Below are positions 7,260 to 16,921 of a stretch of DNA of 64,000 bases, in pieces. The translations under genes were made by a program, and so were the position numbers. Each line of letters opens with the position of its first letter. Position 1 is the stretch's first letter. This DNA comes from an uncultured Gammaproteobacteria bacterium (GTDB lineage: Bacteria > Patescibacteriota > Patescibacteriia > Veblenbacterales > UBA10138): the NCBI GenBank assembly GCA_964348825.1, contig CAYGDX010000001.1, positions 303,463 through 367,462 on the forward strand, given 5' to 3'. The notes under the pieces are model-generated. The model had not been told where the DNA came from. It did no database searches and saw only the letters and a program-made list of their open reading frames with translations.

Positions 7260-9470
7260 ATGAAATATAAACAGTTTTTTAAAATCTTAATTTTATCAAT
7301 AGTATTACTATTAATTCCATTCTTAGTTCATTCAGCTCGCCCGAATGGTGAAACGCTAGTGGGAACCAAGGCACAATATGGTCGTCCGGCTGCAATTAGC
7401 AATGCTGATAGCGCAACAATAATTGCGTGGTCAACGTACGAGAATGATATTTACAAAATTCGGGTGCAAAAACTTTCTTCAGTCGGTACGCCAGAATGGG
7501 ATAATGGAGGTACAATAATTGCAGCCAACAATCAAGGTTGTCGTTATCCAAGTATAATATTGAACGGATCTGGCGGTGTAATTATTGCTTGGGCAGATCT
7601 ACGACGTGGTGATGGTTATGCGGATATCTACGCGCAGTCACTTGATTCCAACGGGATTCCGCAATGGGCAGAGAATGGTGTGAGGGTATTCGAAGAGGGT
7701 GCTGGTTTTTTATCACCTACTATTGTAAGTGATGGTTTAGGTGGTGCGATTATTGTTTCATTTACAAACAATAATCCAACAGGCGATGATATTTATGCTC
7801 AACGGATTGGAAGTGATGGGACAGTTCAATGGAATATTAATGGCGTGCCTATAGTTGACACAATTGGTGGCCAATGGAGGCCAGTAGGAGTGAGTGATGG
7901 TGCAGGTGGTGCGATTATTGCGTGGCAAGATGATCGAATGTCATCTTCCAATTATTTGAACGATGTTTATGCCCAGCGGATTAATATTGATGGGACAGTT
8001 CAATGGAATATTAATGGAGTGCCAGTATGTAGTCGTATTGAGAATCAGTCAGAGCCACTTATTGTGACAGATGGCGCAGGTGGCGGTATTATCACATGGA
8101 ATGATACGCGTAGTGATGGCGGCGACGTATACGTGCAACGAATAGATTCAGGTGGCACGTGTATGTGGGCAATTAATGGAATTCGAATTGGAAGTGATCA
8201 CTATGTTCAAGACAAACCGGTGATTACATCTGATGACTCAGGTGGTGTAATTATTGCATATAGGGAACGTGACAGTGTAAATACAACACTCTCTTATCTA
8301 CGTGCCCAATATATAAATTCTAATGGTATAAGGCAGTGGTGGCCAGATGGAATGGATGTATATTCGTACCGAATGAGTTATGAGACTGAATTATCAATTG
8401 CCAAGTGTAATTCGGGTGTACTAATTGGGTGGATGTACTATGGAGGAGAATATGCTGGCCCACGAATTTATGTTCAGAAAGTTACTATGGACGGGTTTAT
8501 CGAGTGGTCCTATGACAGTCTCCACGTGTCATCATTTTTGACATTTAAAAAAAACCATCTATTTCCTCAGATTACTAAAGACGGTGTTGTAGTTTGGTAT
8601 GCTGAAAATGACGGTGGGTCTGGATCTATCTTTGCCCAGAAAATAAGTGAAAATAATGAGTATTTGTTTCCATGGACGCGTAGTGTTCAAGTTAAAGTGT
8701 ACGAAGGTTGGAATATAATGTCCCTACCATCTAAAATGGAAAATAATTTATCACAAAGATTGTATCCTGATGCTATAGCAGTAGGTGAAAATCTCGCTTG
8801 GCCATATTCTTTGACCGGTTATTATTCTATTCCGAATATTGAAAATGGAATGGGTTATTGGATGAAATTTCCCACTGGTGATTCAATTACTTTGATTGGT
8901 GGTACTTTAGATTCACTAATTATTCCAGTAACACAAGGTTGGAATTTAATCGGTTCTCTTCGGCAATCAATACAAATCGGCAATATTGTAACTGATCCTC
9001 CTGAAATGTTAACATCACAGTTTTATGGCTACAATAATGGGTATTTTATTGCCCCCTTACTTGAGCCGGGGAAAGGATATTGGGTAAAAGTAAATCAAAA
9101 TGGAATGATAAAATTGGGCATTGATTGGCTACCATTAACACATAGTCGTAAATTTTTAATGGACGAAATTCCTCCATCGCCACCAAACAAAGTGCAAGTT
9201 GTGCCAACAGAATTTTCGTTGACACAAAACTACCCTAATCCATTTAATCCGAGCACAACGATTAAATTTTCTTTACCAAGTGATCAATTTGTGACTTTAA
9301 ATGTGTATAATATGTTGGGTCAGGAAATGATTAATTTAGTACGAGAAATTAAATTGGCAGGTGAATATGAAGTGATATTTAATGCCTTTAAATTACCCAG
9401 CGGAATTTATACTTATCGTTTACAAGCTGGGAGTTATGTAGAAACAAAAAAAATGCTTTTGCTTAAATAG
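7260..9470 (+). CDS. secreted repeat protein with T9SS (Por secretion) type-A C-terminal sorting domain
   Basis: Signal peptide MKYKQFFKILILSIVLLLIPFLVHSA; at least 6 tandem roughly 45-aa repeats (DGxGGAII...DIYAQRI..DGTVQWNINGVP); C-terminus LTQNYPNPFNPSTTIKF...VYNMLGQE...SGIYTYRLQAG...TKKMLLLK matches the Por_Secre_tail (TIGR04183) signature. Confidence 0.75.
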   Translation: MKYKQFFKILILSIVLLLIPFLVHSARPNGETLVGTKAQYGRPAAISNADSATIIAWSTYENDIYKIRVQKLSSVGTPEWDNGGTIIAANNQGCRYPSIILNGSGGVIIAWADLRRGDGYADIYAQSLDSNGIPQWAENGVRVFEEGAGFLSPTIVSDGLGGAIIVSFTNNNPTGDDIYAQRIGSDGTVQWNINGVPIVDTIGGQWRPVGVSDGAGGAIIAWQDDRMSSSNYLNDVYAQRINIDGTVQWNINGVPVCSRIENQSEPLIVTDGAGGGIITWNDTRSDGGDVYVQRIDSGGTCMWAINGIRIGSDHYVQDKPVITSDDSGGVIIAYRERDSVNTTLSYLRAQYINSNGIRQWWPDGMDVYSYRMSYETELSIAKCNSGVLIGWMYYGGEYAGPRIYVQKVTMDGFIEWSYDSLHVSSFLTFKKNHLFPQITKDGVVVWYAENDGGSGSIFAQKISENNEYLFPWTRSVQVKVYEGWNIMSLPSKMENNLSQRLYPDAIAVGENLAWPYSLTGYYSIPNIENGMGYWMKFPTGDSITLIGGTLDSLIIPVTQGWNLIGSLRQSIQIGNIVTDPPEMLTSQFYGYNNGYFIAPLLEPGKGYWVKVNQNGMIKLGIDWLPLTHSRKFLMDEIPPSPPNKVQVVPTEFSLTQNYPNPFNPSTTIKFSLPSDQFVTLNVYNMLGQEMINLVREIKLAGEYEVIFNAFKLPSGIYTYRLQAGSYVETKKMLLLK

Positions 9471-9495
9471 CAAAGCATAAAAATCATGTTGTCAT

Positions 9496-9532
9496 AAAGC
9501 AGGAAAGTTTAAATTCCTGCTTTATTTTTTTT
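9496..9532. terminator. bidirectional hairpin terminator between convergent genes
   Basis: AAAGCAGGAA-AGTTTAAA-TTCCTGCTTT with a T-run on the plus strand and an A-run preceding it. Confidence 0.7.
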
Positions 9533-10592
9533 ATTCTAAATTAGTTGAAGTTAAATTAATATTTTTCAGCATCTTCAAAGATTCTTTAGTGGTTGCAGGC
9601 CTCGGGGTGCTGAAATTTTCTATAATAATAGGTATAAGCTCAACTTTTGAAACTGAAGTATTGCCCCAATTTTTAACAATCGTTATTTTAGCGGTTAACC
9701 CTTCCTTGGTTTCCTTACTCCACTCTTGATCAAAAATAAAATTTCCGAGTGAATAAAAAATATATTTGCTATTGTATTTTTCTATAGGTTGAATCCAGTG
9801 CGGGTGTGCGCCAATTACCATATCGGCTCCAGCATCTATGGCAATGCGGGCAAAAGTTTTTTGTAAGTCATTTGGTTTATAAGTATATTCAGCGCCACCA
9901 TGCATAGAAACAATTATAAAATCAACCTTAGGTTTAAGTTCATCTAAAGTACTTTTTAAGCGCGAAATATCTTGCATGCGAGCAACATTTGGCTTATTGG
10001 CTTTAGCATTATCGTTTAAAGCGCTATAAGAAGTGGCAATAAATCCTAATTTAATATCATTGTATTCAAGTATCGCTGGTTGCCAAGCCTCGTCAATATT
10101 TTTACCTGTACCTACACTAGCAATACTATTTTGTGATAGATATAATTTTGTATTTAATAATCCCTTAAGGCCTTGATCAAAAGCATGATTATTAGCCAAG
10201 CTTAGAATGTTGAAATTATATTCTTTTAAACCCTTCACATTAACCGGTGGCGTATTAAATACTAAAGTCGGTGAACTATTAAATTTAGTACTGCCCGAAA
10301 ATGGTGATTCTAAATTTCCAAAGTTAAAATCAGTGGATTTTAAAATATCTACCATCTTAGAAAAGGGGAGTAGCGGGTTATTTGATTTTTTTATTTGAGC
10401 GGCTACATTGCGCGACAACATAATATCACCCACCGCTAGAAAAGTAACAGTAGGTGTTTTAGTATTGGGTTGCAAAATTTGAACACTTTCATTTTGATTA
10501 CCGGCATTTGTACTAGTTAAATTTATAACTATAAAAAAGCCAACAATTAATAAAAGTAATATAGCAGTACCAAATTTAATAAATTTTTCCAT
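9531..10592 (-). CDS. CapA-family metallophosphoesterase (poly-gamma-glutamate synthesis-like)
   Basis: N-terminal TM; motifs AVGDIML, GNLESP, LANNHAFDQG, HGGAEY, GAHPHW of CapA/PGA_cap calcineurin-like phosphoesterases. Confidence 0.75.
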   Translation of the reverse strand: MEKFIKFGTAILLLLIVGFFIVINLTSTNAGNQNESVQILQPNTKTPTVTFLAVGDIMLSRNVAAQIKKSNNPLLPFSKMVDILKSTDFNFGNLESPFSGSTKFNSSPTLVFNTPPVNVKGLKEYNFNILSLANNHAFDQGLKGLLNTKLYLSQNSIASVGTGKNIDEAWQPAILEYNDIKLGFIATSYSALNDNAKANKPNVARMQDISRLKSTLDELKPKVDFIIVSMHGGAEYTYKPNDLQKTFARIAIDAGADMVIGAHPHWIQPIEKYNSKYIFYSLGNFIFDQEWSKETKEGLTAKITIVKNWGNTSVSKVELIPIIIENFSTPRPATTKESLKMLKNINLTSTNLE

Positions 10593-10594
10593 AT

Positions 10595-11530
10595 TTAAAG
10601 TAAAGAGTTTATAAAACTTTTGTGCCCCAAAAGAAAATCTTTGGTTTTCAATGGTTTACCACCTTCAAGTTGTAGTTCATTGATTTCTAATGCACCTGAT
10701 TTAGTGCCGATTACAAGACTATCTTCAACAAGCGTTACGAGCCCGGGTTTTGTGGTCACGTCGTTATGTGGCGTGGTAGATAAAAGTTTTAAGCGTTTGC
10801 CTTGCCATATTGTCCATAGCCCAGGCCAAGGTGTGAAAGCGCGGCGCTGATTATTTAATTCTTCAGCAGTTTTGTTTATAAAATCCGCTTGGCCGTCATC
10901 CTTACTTATCATTTTTGTAAAAGTGGCGGTGGAATGATTTTGTGGAATTGGTTTTAATTCACCACTTAAATATTTCGGTAATGTATCAACTAACATTTTT
11001 ACAGATTGTTCAGCCAACTTGTTTGATAAAGTAATAACGTCGTCGTTGGAACTAATATGATGTTCAGTTTGTGTCAGAATTGGTCCATGGTCAACCTCAG
11101 CATCAAGTAAAATTAAACTCACGCCGGTAGTAGTTTGCCCATCTAAAATAGCTGATTGAATTGGTGATGGGCCGCGGTACAGTGGGAGTAAAGATGGGTG
11201 TACATTTACTATACCTTGGGGAAATATATCTAACACAGTTTGTGGAATGATTTTACCAAACGAAGCTAGAATGGCAAATGGCAAATGGCAAATTGCAAAT
11301 TGCTTTATTACATTTTCATCTCTTAAGGTTTTTACTTCAAGTAGTTTGAGTTGGTGTTTAGATGCTACTTCAGCTACTGGTGTAGGAATAATTTGTAATT
11401 TTCGACCTTGTGGTTTGCCAATCGTTGTTACCACTAATTCTGGTATTAAACCATTGCTAATCAAGCCGCTTAAAATTGTAGCGGAGAAATCGGAAGTACC
11501 GAAGTAGATGAAGTTGGGATTGATTAACAT
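10595..11530 (-). CDS. fmt: methionyl-tRNA formyltransferase
   Basis: IYFGTSDFS N-terminus, formyltransferase core VNVHPSLLPLYRGPSPIQ, C-terminal Fmt domain; adjacent to def. Confidence 0.85.
   Translation of the reverse strand: MLINPNFIYFGTSDFSATILSGLISNGLIPELVVTTIGKPQGRKLQIIPTPVAEVASKHQLKLLEVKTLRDENVIKQFAICHLPFAILASFGKIIPQTVLDIFPQGIVNVHPSLLPLYRGPSPIQSAILDGQTTTGVSLILLDAEVDHGPILTQTEHHISSNDDVITLSNKLAEQSVKMLVDTLPKYLSGELKPIPQNHSTATFTKMISKDDGQADFINKTAEELNNQRRAFTPWPGLWTIWQGKRLKLLSTTPHNDVTTKPGLVTLVEDSLVIGTKSGALEINELQLEGGKPLKTKDFLLGHKSFINSLL
11274..11303. repeat. heptamer tandem repeat (GCAAATG/GCAAATT x4) inside the fmt coding sequence
   Basis: gcaaatg gcaaatg gcaaatt gcaaatt gc, read directly from the sequence. 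Confidence 0.6.
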
Positions 11531-11731
11531 TAATTATAGTTGATAAAGTAATAATATTGTCCTTCTTAATAGTATTTTGAACTGGCAATTTCTAATAACT
11601 AATTCCTAATGTCTAAAAATATCTAATGACTAAATTTTAGTGATTGAGATTTGGGATTTTTTAGGAATTACCTGCCTGCGGTAGGCAGGGAAATTAGACA
11701 TTAGTTATTTTTCCCACCATAACGGGGCAAG

Positions 11732-11790
11732 CTGGATTCCCGCCTTCCTCCTTCGCCAATGCTACGGCAGGACAAGCCGCGGGAATGACG
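11732..11790. repeat. GC-rich palindromic element (CTGGATTCCCGC...GCGGGAATGACG), copy 1, with a 33-bp internal insertion
   Basis: Termini identical to copies at 35872-35898 (inverted) and 49189-49216. Confidence 0.55.
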
Positions 11791-11793
11791 TTC

Positions 11794-12270
11794 TTATCTA
11801 TATTTCTTCAACAACTCCTCTCCCATAATAATCTTCGGCTGGCGTTCTATAAACAAAATTCCATTCAAATGATCCACTTCGTGTTGGTAAATCCGGGCTA
11901 CCATAGCATCTAACCATTCCTCATGCGGCTTTCCAGCTAAATCAAAATAACGAGCCAAGATCCGCGCGGGACGCTTTACAATACCAAATACACCGGGGAG
12001 AGATAAACAACCTTCTTCCATGGCCACTTTTTTCCATGATGATTTTACTATTTCAGGGTTGATATAAGCGGTGGGGTTTTCGGGTGTAGCAATTACAATC
12101 AACCGCTCACTTACATTTACTTGCGGCGCAGCGAGGCCAATACCATTATAATGTTTCATGGCCTCAAACATATCCGCACTTAGTTTTTTTATAACCAAAT
12201 TAGGCGGCAGTTTTATTTCAGCCGCTTTGGTTTTTAGAATGGGTTGGGGGGCAATGATTAGTGGCAACAT
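11794..12270 (-). CDS. def: peptide deformylase
   Basis: Motifs GIGLAAPQV, EGCLSLPG, HEVDHLNG. Confidence 0.85.
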   Translation of the reverse strand: MLPLIIAPQPILKTKAAEIKLPPNLVIKKLSADMFEAMKHYNGIGLAAPQVNVSERLIVIATPENPTAYINPEIVKSSWKKVAMEEGCLSLPGVFGIVKRPARILARYFDLAGKPHEEWLDAMVARIYQHEVDHLNGILFIERQPKIIMGEELLKKYR

Positions 12271-12278
12271 AAGAATGA

Positions 12279-12683
12279 TTAAAATATTTTAGCTTTAATA
12301 ATATCTGGTAGTAAATTATTTTTATCTAGTGGAATCATTTTATAAACGTTTTGGTTATAATCTAATTTACTAAGCCAAATTACTTTGGCAATTTCATTGT
12401 TTGGTTTTGGATCGCCAGATACAGTACAAATGTAAACTTTGTTAGTTGAAAGTCGGTTGGCTTCGTAAGGCGAGCTTCCTGTGTAATTACCAAAATATTT
12501 AGCACCTATTAATGTTACGCCAATTTCTTCTGCCAGTTCTCTTTTTAAGCAATCTTCGTCTGACTCATTTAATTCTGGCTTACCACCGGGTGTCCATAAT
12601 TCTTCATAACCAGCGCCTTGGACCATTAAGAGTTTTTCGTTTTGTATTATTATAGCGGCTATTCTTAAGTAGTTATCGGACAT
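12279..12683 (-). CDS. NUDIX hydrolase
   Basis: Nudix box GGKPELNESDEDCLKRELAEEIGV. Confidence 0.7.
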   Translation of the reverse strand: MSDNYLRIAAIIIQNEKLLMVQGAGYEELWTPGGKPELNESDEDCLKRELAEEIGVTLIGAKYFGNYTGSSPYEANRLSTNKVYICTVSGDPKPNNEIAKVIWLSKLDYNQNVYKMIPLDKNNLLPDIIKAKIF

Positions 12684-12697
12684 AAGATATTGATAAT

Positions 12698-14536
12698 TTA
12701 GCTTAGTACATAATAGGGGTTGCGGTCAATGATGACCTCAGGTGGTAAATAAGGCCACAACTTTTCAATCGGAGTTTTTTCAGAATAGCGAAGCAATAAA
12801 TGAAAACGAAAGCGGCCTCGTACTTGTTTAAAATAATCTGGGTAGGGGCCAGTTAAATTAACCTCACGTGGCAAATTAGTTTGTAATATTTTTTTAAGTT
12901 CTAAAATTTCTTGGCGGGCGACTATTTCTGATGTATTTTGACAAGTTAAGCGAAGTAATTCTGTGAGGGGTGGGTATTTGAATTTAGTGCGCTCTAGCAA
13001 TTCTTGATTATAAAATGTGCTCGATTGATTATGATAAATGCTTTGTAAAACATAATGTTCAGGCGAATAAGTTTGAATGGTAAGTTGCTTGGCGCCCGAG
13101 GCTTGGAATCCGCGTAAAGTAGTCCAAGTGATTTCTGTCGCCCTAAATTCCGGCAATTTTAAAGTGATATCAGCTAAAATTACGCCAATTAAATTTACTT
13201 GAGAAAAATCTAAATCAGCTGGTGAGGGTTGTGAACTAATAATAATTTTTGCATCAGCAATTTTATCAACAACATTTTCATCATCACTTTGAATTGTTAT
13301 TAGCTTAACACTAGGCCAAAGTTTTTTTATCTCTTTACTTAAATTACCCAGGCCACCGCTTAAAAATTTTATATTTAAACCACGGCACTTAGGACAAGGT
13401 AGGGGAGAATTAGTAGTAGTTTGGCAATGATAACAAATAAGTTTATTACTTTCGGCTTGAAAAACAAGCGCACGGTCGCATTTACTACACCTCGCGGTGT
13501 AGCCGCAATCACGGCAAGTAATTGAAGTGGCATCGCCTAATTTATTTAAATATAAAAATATTTGGCCATTATTTTTTAAAGCATCGTTAATTTGTTCAAT
13601 TAATGTATCGGATAAGGTAAAATTTTTAGCGCGATCGTGACGCAAATCAACCAAGGTAGTGTTTGTTTCGCTACTAGATTTTAAATTTTTTATCGCTCCA
13701 ACTTGGTTGTGATATTCAAACCAAAGTTCAAGTGGATTATTGGATGATACATAAGCCAGTGGCGCGTGGTGTAGTTCAGCTAGCCATTTAGCTACATCTA
13801 CTGCAGCATAACGTGGATTTTGGTCATACTGTTTAAAATTAATATCGATTGGGTCACTCACAATTACACCACCTAAATTGGGGAAAGGCAGAAAAAGCGC
13901 GCTACGCGTGCCAATTAGTAAACTTGGCTCACCGCTTATAATTTGATTATAAATTTGCCTAATCGCAGAAGTTTTTAAATCAGCTGTAAAAATAATAGGT
14001 TTAAATTCAGTTAATTTTTGCGCTAAGTTGTTGGCTTGAGCTTTGGTGGGTACTAGTAAAAGTGCCGATTGTTTTCTGGTAAGCACTTGGTTGATTAATT
14101 TTTTAAGCACTTCAAGTTTGCTGGTGGGGTTTGAAAAATTTATTAAAGTAGTATTAGCTTTGTTATATAATTTATTTTTATTAAATAAAGATGTTGCGCT
14201 GGTAGATTTTTTTAATGGTTTAATAAAAAACGATAAAAGTAAACTAGAACCCAAAGCCACGCCGTAGTAATCGGCAATTTTTTGATGTAACTTTATTTGT
14301 TGAAGTGTGAACCAAGCTGGGGCAACCAATTTATTAATTGGTTTTAAATTCTTAAAGGTTGATTGTTTTTTTAGGTTTATAACTACACCTAAATTTTTAG
14401 CATTACGTAGGGGTACTTCAACTAAATCACCTGGTTGTAGTTTTAAGGTATTCTGAAATGTGTAATCAAAAATATGAGCCGTGCGTGGTAGGCGCCGTAA
14501 AACCGCAATTTCCGCCACCAATAAATTAGGTGTCAT
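12698..14536 (-). CDS. priA: primosomal protein N' (PriA)-like, helicase motifs degenerate
   Basis: N-terminal 3'-DNA-binding domain; Cys-rich zinc-binding region CRDCGY...CSKC...CYHC...CPKC; Walker A and DEAH positions not conserved. Confidence 0.7.
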   Translation of the reverse strand: MTPNLLVAEIAVLRRLPRTAHIFDYTFQNTLKLQPGDLVEVPLRNAKNLGVVINLKKQSTFKNLKPINKLVAPAWFTLQQIKLHQKIADYYGVALGSSLLLSFFIKPLKKSTSATSLFNKNKLYNKANTTLINFSNPTSKLEVLKKLINQVLTRKQSALLLVPTKAQANNLAQKLTEFKPIIFTADLKTSAIRQIYNQIISGEPSLLIGTRSALFLPFPNLGGVIVSDPIDINFKQYDQNPRYAAVDVAKWLAELHHAPLAYVSSNNPLELWFEYHNQVGAIKNLKSSSETNTTLVDLRHDRAKNFTLSDTLIEQINDALKNNGQIFLYLNKLGDATSITCRDCGYTARCSKCDRALVFQAESNKLICYHCQTTTNSPLPCPKCRGLNIKFLSGGLGNLSKEIKKLWPSVKLITIQSDDENVVDKIADAKIIISSQPSPADLDFSQVNLIGVILADITLKLPEFRATEITWTTLRGFQASGAKQLTIQTYSPEHYVLQSIYHNQSSTFYNQELLERTKFKYPPLTELLRLTCQNTSEIVARQEILELKKILQTNLPREVNLTGPYPDYFKQVRGRFRFHLLLRYSEKTPIEKLWPYLPPEVIIDRNPYYVLS

Positions 14537-14537
14537 T

Positions 14538-15353
14538 TTAACTTAAATTAATATCAGTTACTAAAAGCCCAGCGCCAGCTGCATTTTCAAAAGAAATTAC
14601 TGTGTTTTTGAAATTAACATTTTTTATAATTTGATAAAGTAGTAGCGCAGGTAAAGCTAAAGTATCATGTGATTTATTTTTATTTTGTTGTAAGTGCATT
14701 AAACCCGATTCGTCGTTATCGGCTAAAACTTTTTGCCACTGCCGGGCTACTAGTCGGGCGACTGGACTATCTTTGGAAGTTTGAAAAATATTACCCGTAG
14801 CCACTAGTAAAATATTTAGTGATTGCGACATTAGCCAATCCTCTAACCAGTTGGCCAATTTTGAAGAGTCGTCAGTATTTAATTTATTATCTAACAACAA
14901 ACCAACTATTGGCAGTTCAGAGTAAGGTAAGCCCAAACTAATTAAAGGTATGGCCAAATTGTCGGGCGCTTTATTAAGTGTAATTTGCGGTAGTCGCAAG
15001 TTAGTTTCACTGCTTTCTTTTAAGCGATGAGTGAGGGCAGTATTGATTTTTAATTCACCGTGAGTTGCCAAATCACCAAATTCAGTAAAACTATAAGGTA
15101 GGGTACGCGACTGTAATAAATAACCAAAATTATGATTAATTTTGGTAGGCAAATGATCGCCGACTGTGGCGATAATAAATATTACTTCTGGAATTTTAGT
15201 TTTGAGTTCACTTGTTATATGATTCAAGCCGGCCCGTGTTTTGGCGGTCACACGTTTAACCTCGGGTGTAAGCCCAGGCAGTAGTAAGGGATGATTGGGT
15301 AGTAGTAAAGCGTGAGTTATGGGCATAATGGTTGTCATTCCTCCGATGACCAT
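14538..15353 (-). CDS. LigB/DODA-type class III extradiol dioxygenase family protein (weak match)
   Basis: Weak similarity to YgiD-like patterns (PITHALLLPNHP, ATVGDHLPT, LLVATGNIF); stop overlaps the priA start, implying an operon. Confidence 0.35.
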   Translation of the reverse strand: MVIGGMTTIMPITHALLLPNHPLLLPGLTPEVKRVTAKTRAGLNHITSELKTKIPEVIFIIATVGDHLPTKINHNFGYLLQSRTLPYSFTEFGDLATHGELKINTALTHRLKESSETNLRLPQITLNKAPDNLAIPLISLGLPYSELPIVGLLLDNKLNTDDSSKLANWLEDWLMSQSLNILLVATGNIFQTSKDSPVARLVARQWQKVLADNDESGLMHLQQNKNKSHDTLALPALLLYQIIKNVNFKNTVISFENAAGAGLLVTDINLS

Positions 15354-15517
15354 CGGAGGAATCTAGAAACAAAAATAACTAATGACTAATATCTAATTTC
15401 TAAAAATTTCCAATGACCAATTTCCAATTTTCAATAAATTTACAATAACTCAATGACTCAAACAAATAATTAAAAAATTGATTAATTGATTGTAAATTGA
15501 TAATTGTAAATTGAAAA

Positions 15518-16921
15518 TTAAATCGGGCTGGCAATCGGCACGCCTAATTCATGAATTAGCACTGCTTCATCGGCTGTTGTAATAATATTTTTTTCCTCAT
15601 AACCTAAACTTTTAAGCGCAGAGAGTGAAGCGAAAGGTCGGCGTTGTTTATTGGAAATTAGATAAATAGTATTATCGGTTTTAGCACGCACCAGTTCGCC
15701 ATCGCGGAATATAATTGGCACATCAAGCTCGTAAGTTTTGATTTGTTTACTTGGTACTATCAATGGTTTTCGGCCCGGGAAATTGGCTTGCAAAAGTTCA
15801 CGCGAGGCAATAGTGTGGCGCATGTTATTTTGTACTAAATAAATTTGTTTAGTAGTTTTGTCTTGCAAAATAGCGCCGAGCGGATAAACACTTTTGGTAG
15901 TAATTGGTTCACCTTCGGCATAACCGATTAAATCTTCATCGGTGATTTTTATAATTTCTTCAGGGTTAACGCCAATTTTACGCAAGGCCTGCGGGGTAGT
16001 AAATTTTCGCACGGTATCATCCACCACTAAGTACACTGTGCCAGTTGGAGTTTTTAAATAAGAATAATTAGGAAATTTTATTTCGTTACCTAATTGATAT
16101 TTTAATAATTCTGATTCGGTAACAGTGAGTAGTTTATTAAAATCGGGGTACCGTGATAAGTAAACGCGACGATTAGCAAATTTGCGCCGCACTCCATTTT
16201 GAATCAACCACACATACTTATCATTTTCAACATTGAGTAATGAGCCATCAGGATAAATTTGTGAAAAATAACGATTCCAAAGTACCCAAAATAATTTGTT
16301 ACCCTTAAAATGTGGGGTGTAAGTATAAAGAATGGCGGTGGCGCGATTTTTAGGTGCCAGTGGTACGCCATCAATGTTTTTTGTAATATTCGGGCCAATG
16401 CCGGAAATTGTACGGCCGTTGTTTTCTAGCTGTGTTAAATAATCGTTGCGGATTCTTTTGCCCACATTGTAAACTTGATTATAAAAACCTTTAAATTTTT
16501 GAATAAAAGGATCGTTGATATCGCAACCATCGCACACGGCATAGCCCGTGGCCCAATCAAAGTTGTAAGTTGAGGCGCGCGGATTTTCTACCAAACTTTG
16601 TTCTTTTTGGAGTAAAGTAAGTAAAAATTTAGGGCTAATTAAAAAATCTTGCGCGGTTTTGTAAATAATTTCAGGGGCAGGAAGGCCAGTGATAGGGTCT
16701 TTGTAATCAGCCAGTTTGCCGCCTTTGTCTTTAAGAAAAGTTTGAATTTGTTTTAAATCCAAAGCATCGTAATCTAATAAATCATCATCAGTAATAATAA
16801 AGCTCGGATCAAATTCAGAAACCACAGCTTGTGCCTGAGCGGAAAATATTGGTATCACAACTTGGCTTACAATAATAAGCGCAGTTAACACAAAAAATAA
16901 GCATTTTTTTTGCTTAAACAT
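15518..16921 (-). CDS. hypothetical secreted protein
   Basis: Probable start ATG at 16921 (MFKQKKCLFFVLTALIIV...SAQA signal peptide); the ORF track start at 16960 is an upstream in-frame GTG. Confidence 0.5.
   Translation of the reverse strand: MFKQKKCLFFVLTALIIVSQVVIPIFSAQAQAVVSEFDPSFIITDDDLLDYDALDLKQIQTFLKDKGGKLADYKDPITGLPAPEIIYKTAQDFLISPKFLLTLLQKEQSLVENPRASTYNFDWATGYAVCDGCDINDPFIQKFKGFYNQVYNVGKRIRNDYLTQLENNGRTISGIGPNITKNIDGVPLAPKNRATAILYTYTPHFKGNKLFWVLWNRYFSQIYPDGSLLNVENDKYVWLIQNGVRRKFANRRVYLSRYPDFNKLLTVTESELLKYQLGNEIKFPNYSYLKTPTGTVYLVVDDTVRKFTTPQALRKIGVNPEEIIKITDEDLIGYAEGEPITTKSVYPLGAILQDKTTKQIYLVQNNMRHTIASRELLQANFPGRKPLIVPSKQIKTYELDVPIIFRDGELVRAKTDNTIYLISNKQRRPFASLSALKSLGYEEKNIITTADEAVLIHELGVPIASPI

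Noticed and set aside
11700-11790. tRNA or tmRNA candidate in the GC-rich segment after def
   Set aside because: No T-loop (GTTCRANYC) or acceptor-stem geometry. It is the CTGGATTCCCGC...GCGGGAATGACG palindrome with an insertion.
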